Assembly (NCBI GenBank): GCA_030690305.1 | Contig: JAUYHB010000027.1 | Location: forward strand, 15,670 to 79,669 | DNA length: 64,000 bases | DNA from: a bacterium | Lineage (GTDB): Bacteria > Patescibacteriota > Minisyncoccia > Phycocordibacterales > JAGLPS01 | Direction of reading: 5' to 3' | Shown here: positions 63,910 to 64,000 of the stretch, piece by piece | Numbering within the stretch: the stretch's first letter is position 1 | Layout: each line of letters begins with the position of its first letter | The notes under the pieces: generated by a model | Seen by the model: the letters and a program-made list of their open reading frames with translations, nothing else | What the model was told of the DNA's origin: nothing | The model's database searches: none | Position numbers and translations under genes: made by a program

Positions 63910-64000
63910 TTGCTTGTCCGCGTATGTTTTAAGCGTTGAGGTTTTTGTCTTGATATTCTCAACGGTTAATAAGTGAGATTTAAGAATAGCAATTTTATTA

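Larger units (their letters stand above)
55477..64000. mobile_element. integrated mobile genetic element (integrative mobilisable/conjugative-like), right end beyond the window
   Basis: Contiguous block: tyrosine integrase (-), nested inverted repeats, TraD/FtsK-like ATPase, replication-relaxation family protein, CHC2/Toprim primase, small cargo genes including SpoVG, and an SMC-like ATPase. It starts right after the terminator of a housekeeping gene. Confidence 0.7.

Noticed and set aside
1-64000. CRISPR arrays
   Set aside because: No regularly spaced direct repeats with unique spacers were seen anywhere in the window. The Cas4-like nuclease at 14493 is stand-alone.

Overview
This 64-kb window looks like a small-genome, Patescibacteria/CPR-like bacterium. 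That assignment is inferred from gene content only: archaeal-type AspRS, a short AlaRS, a compact ribosomal/chaperone block, many single-pass or hypothetical membrane proteins and one giant surface protein. Coding is dense and almost entirely on the + strand.

From left to right the window contains:
- a Nudix gene, then a cluster of six tRNA-like genes (Val, Pro, Ala, Pro, Ala) that includes a duplicated 5' half and an interrupted 3' fragment of tRNA-Pro;
- pgi-like, ROK kinase, ychF, leuS, a sigma-70-region-4/HARE-HTH protein, mltG and mnmA;
- a DNA-repair cluster: ATP-cone/Mrr-like, a Cas4-like nuclease, ogt-like and udg;
- a short alaS with an AT-rich central segment;
- a 1444-aa surface protein with an internal tail-fibre-type S74 chaperone domain and a C-terminal Ig-like domain;
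- an FtsA/PilM-like actin-fold gene;
- infA-rpmJ-rpsM-rpsK-rpsD-rpoA-rplQ, rplM-rpsI and grpE-dnaK-dnaJ;
- a roughly 8-kb accessory stretch (33.3-41.3 kb), described below;
- trpS, aspS, scpA-cutA-scpB, a DD-carboxypeptidase, mraY-ftsW-murG, gltX, an M23 peptidase and gpmA;
- from about 55.5 kb to the window edge, an integrated mobile element: tyrosine integrase, a nested inverted-repeat locus, a TraD/FtsK-like ATPase, a replication-relaxation protein, a CHC2/Toprim primase, SpoVG and small cargo genes, ending in a truncated SMC-like ATPase.

The accessory stretch carries a PlsC-like acyltransferase, three methyltransferases, a FeeM/LuxI-like GNAT, an orphan 7TM histidine kinase, a radical-SAM/SPASM enzyme, a 61-aa Tyr/Asp-rich peptide, a TraB/GumN(Tiki)-family putative protease and a Nudix.

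The best candidate for a new system is the promoter-to-terminator operon made of the radical-SAM/SPASM gene and the downstream peptide ending NYDDYQYSDCDYDD, with the TraB/Tiki-family gene immediately after it. I read it as a putative RiPP or peptide-signal locus. No CRISPR array was seen.
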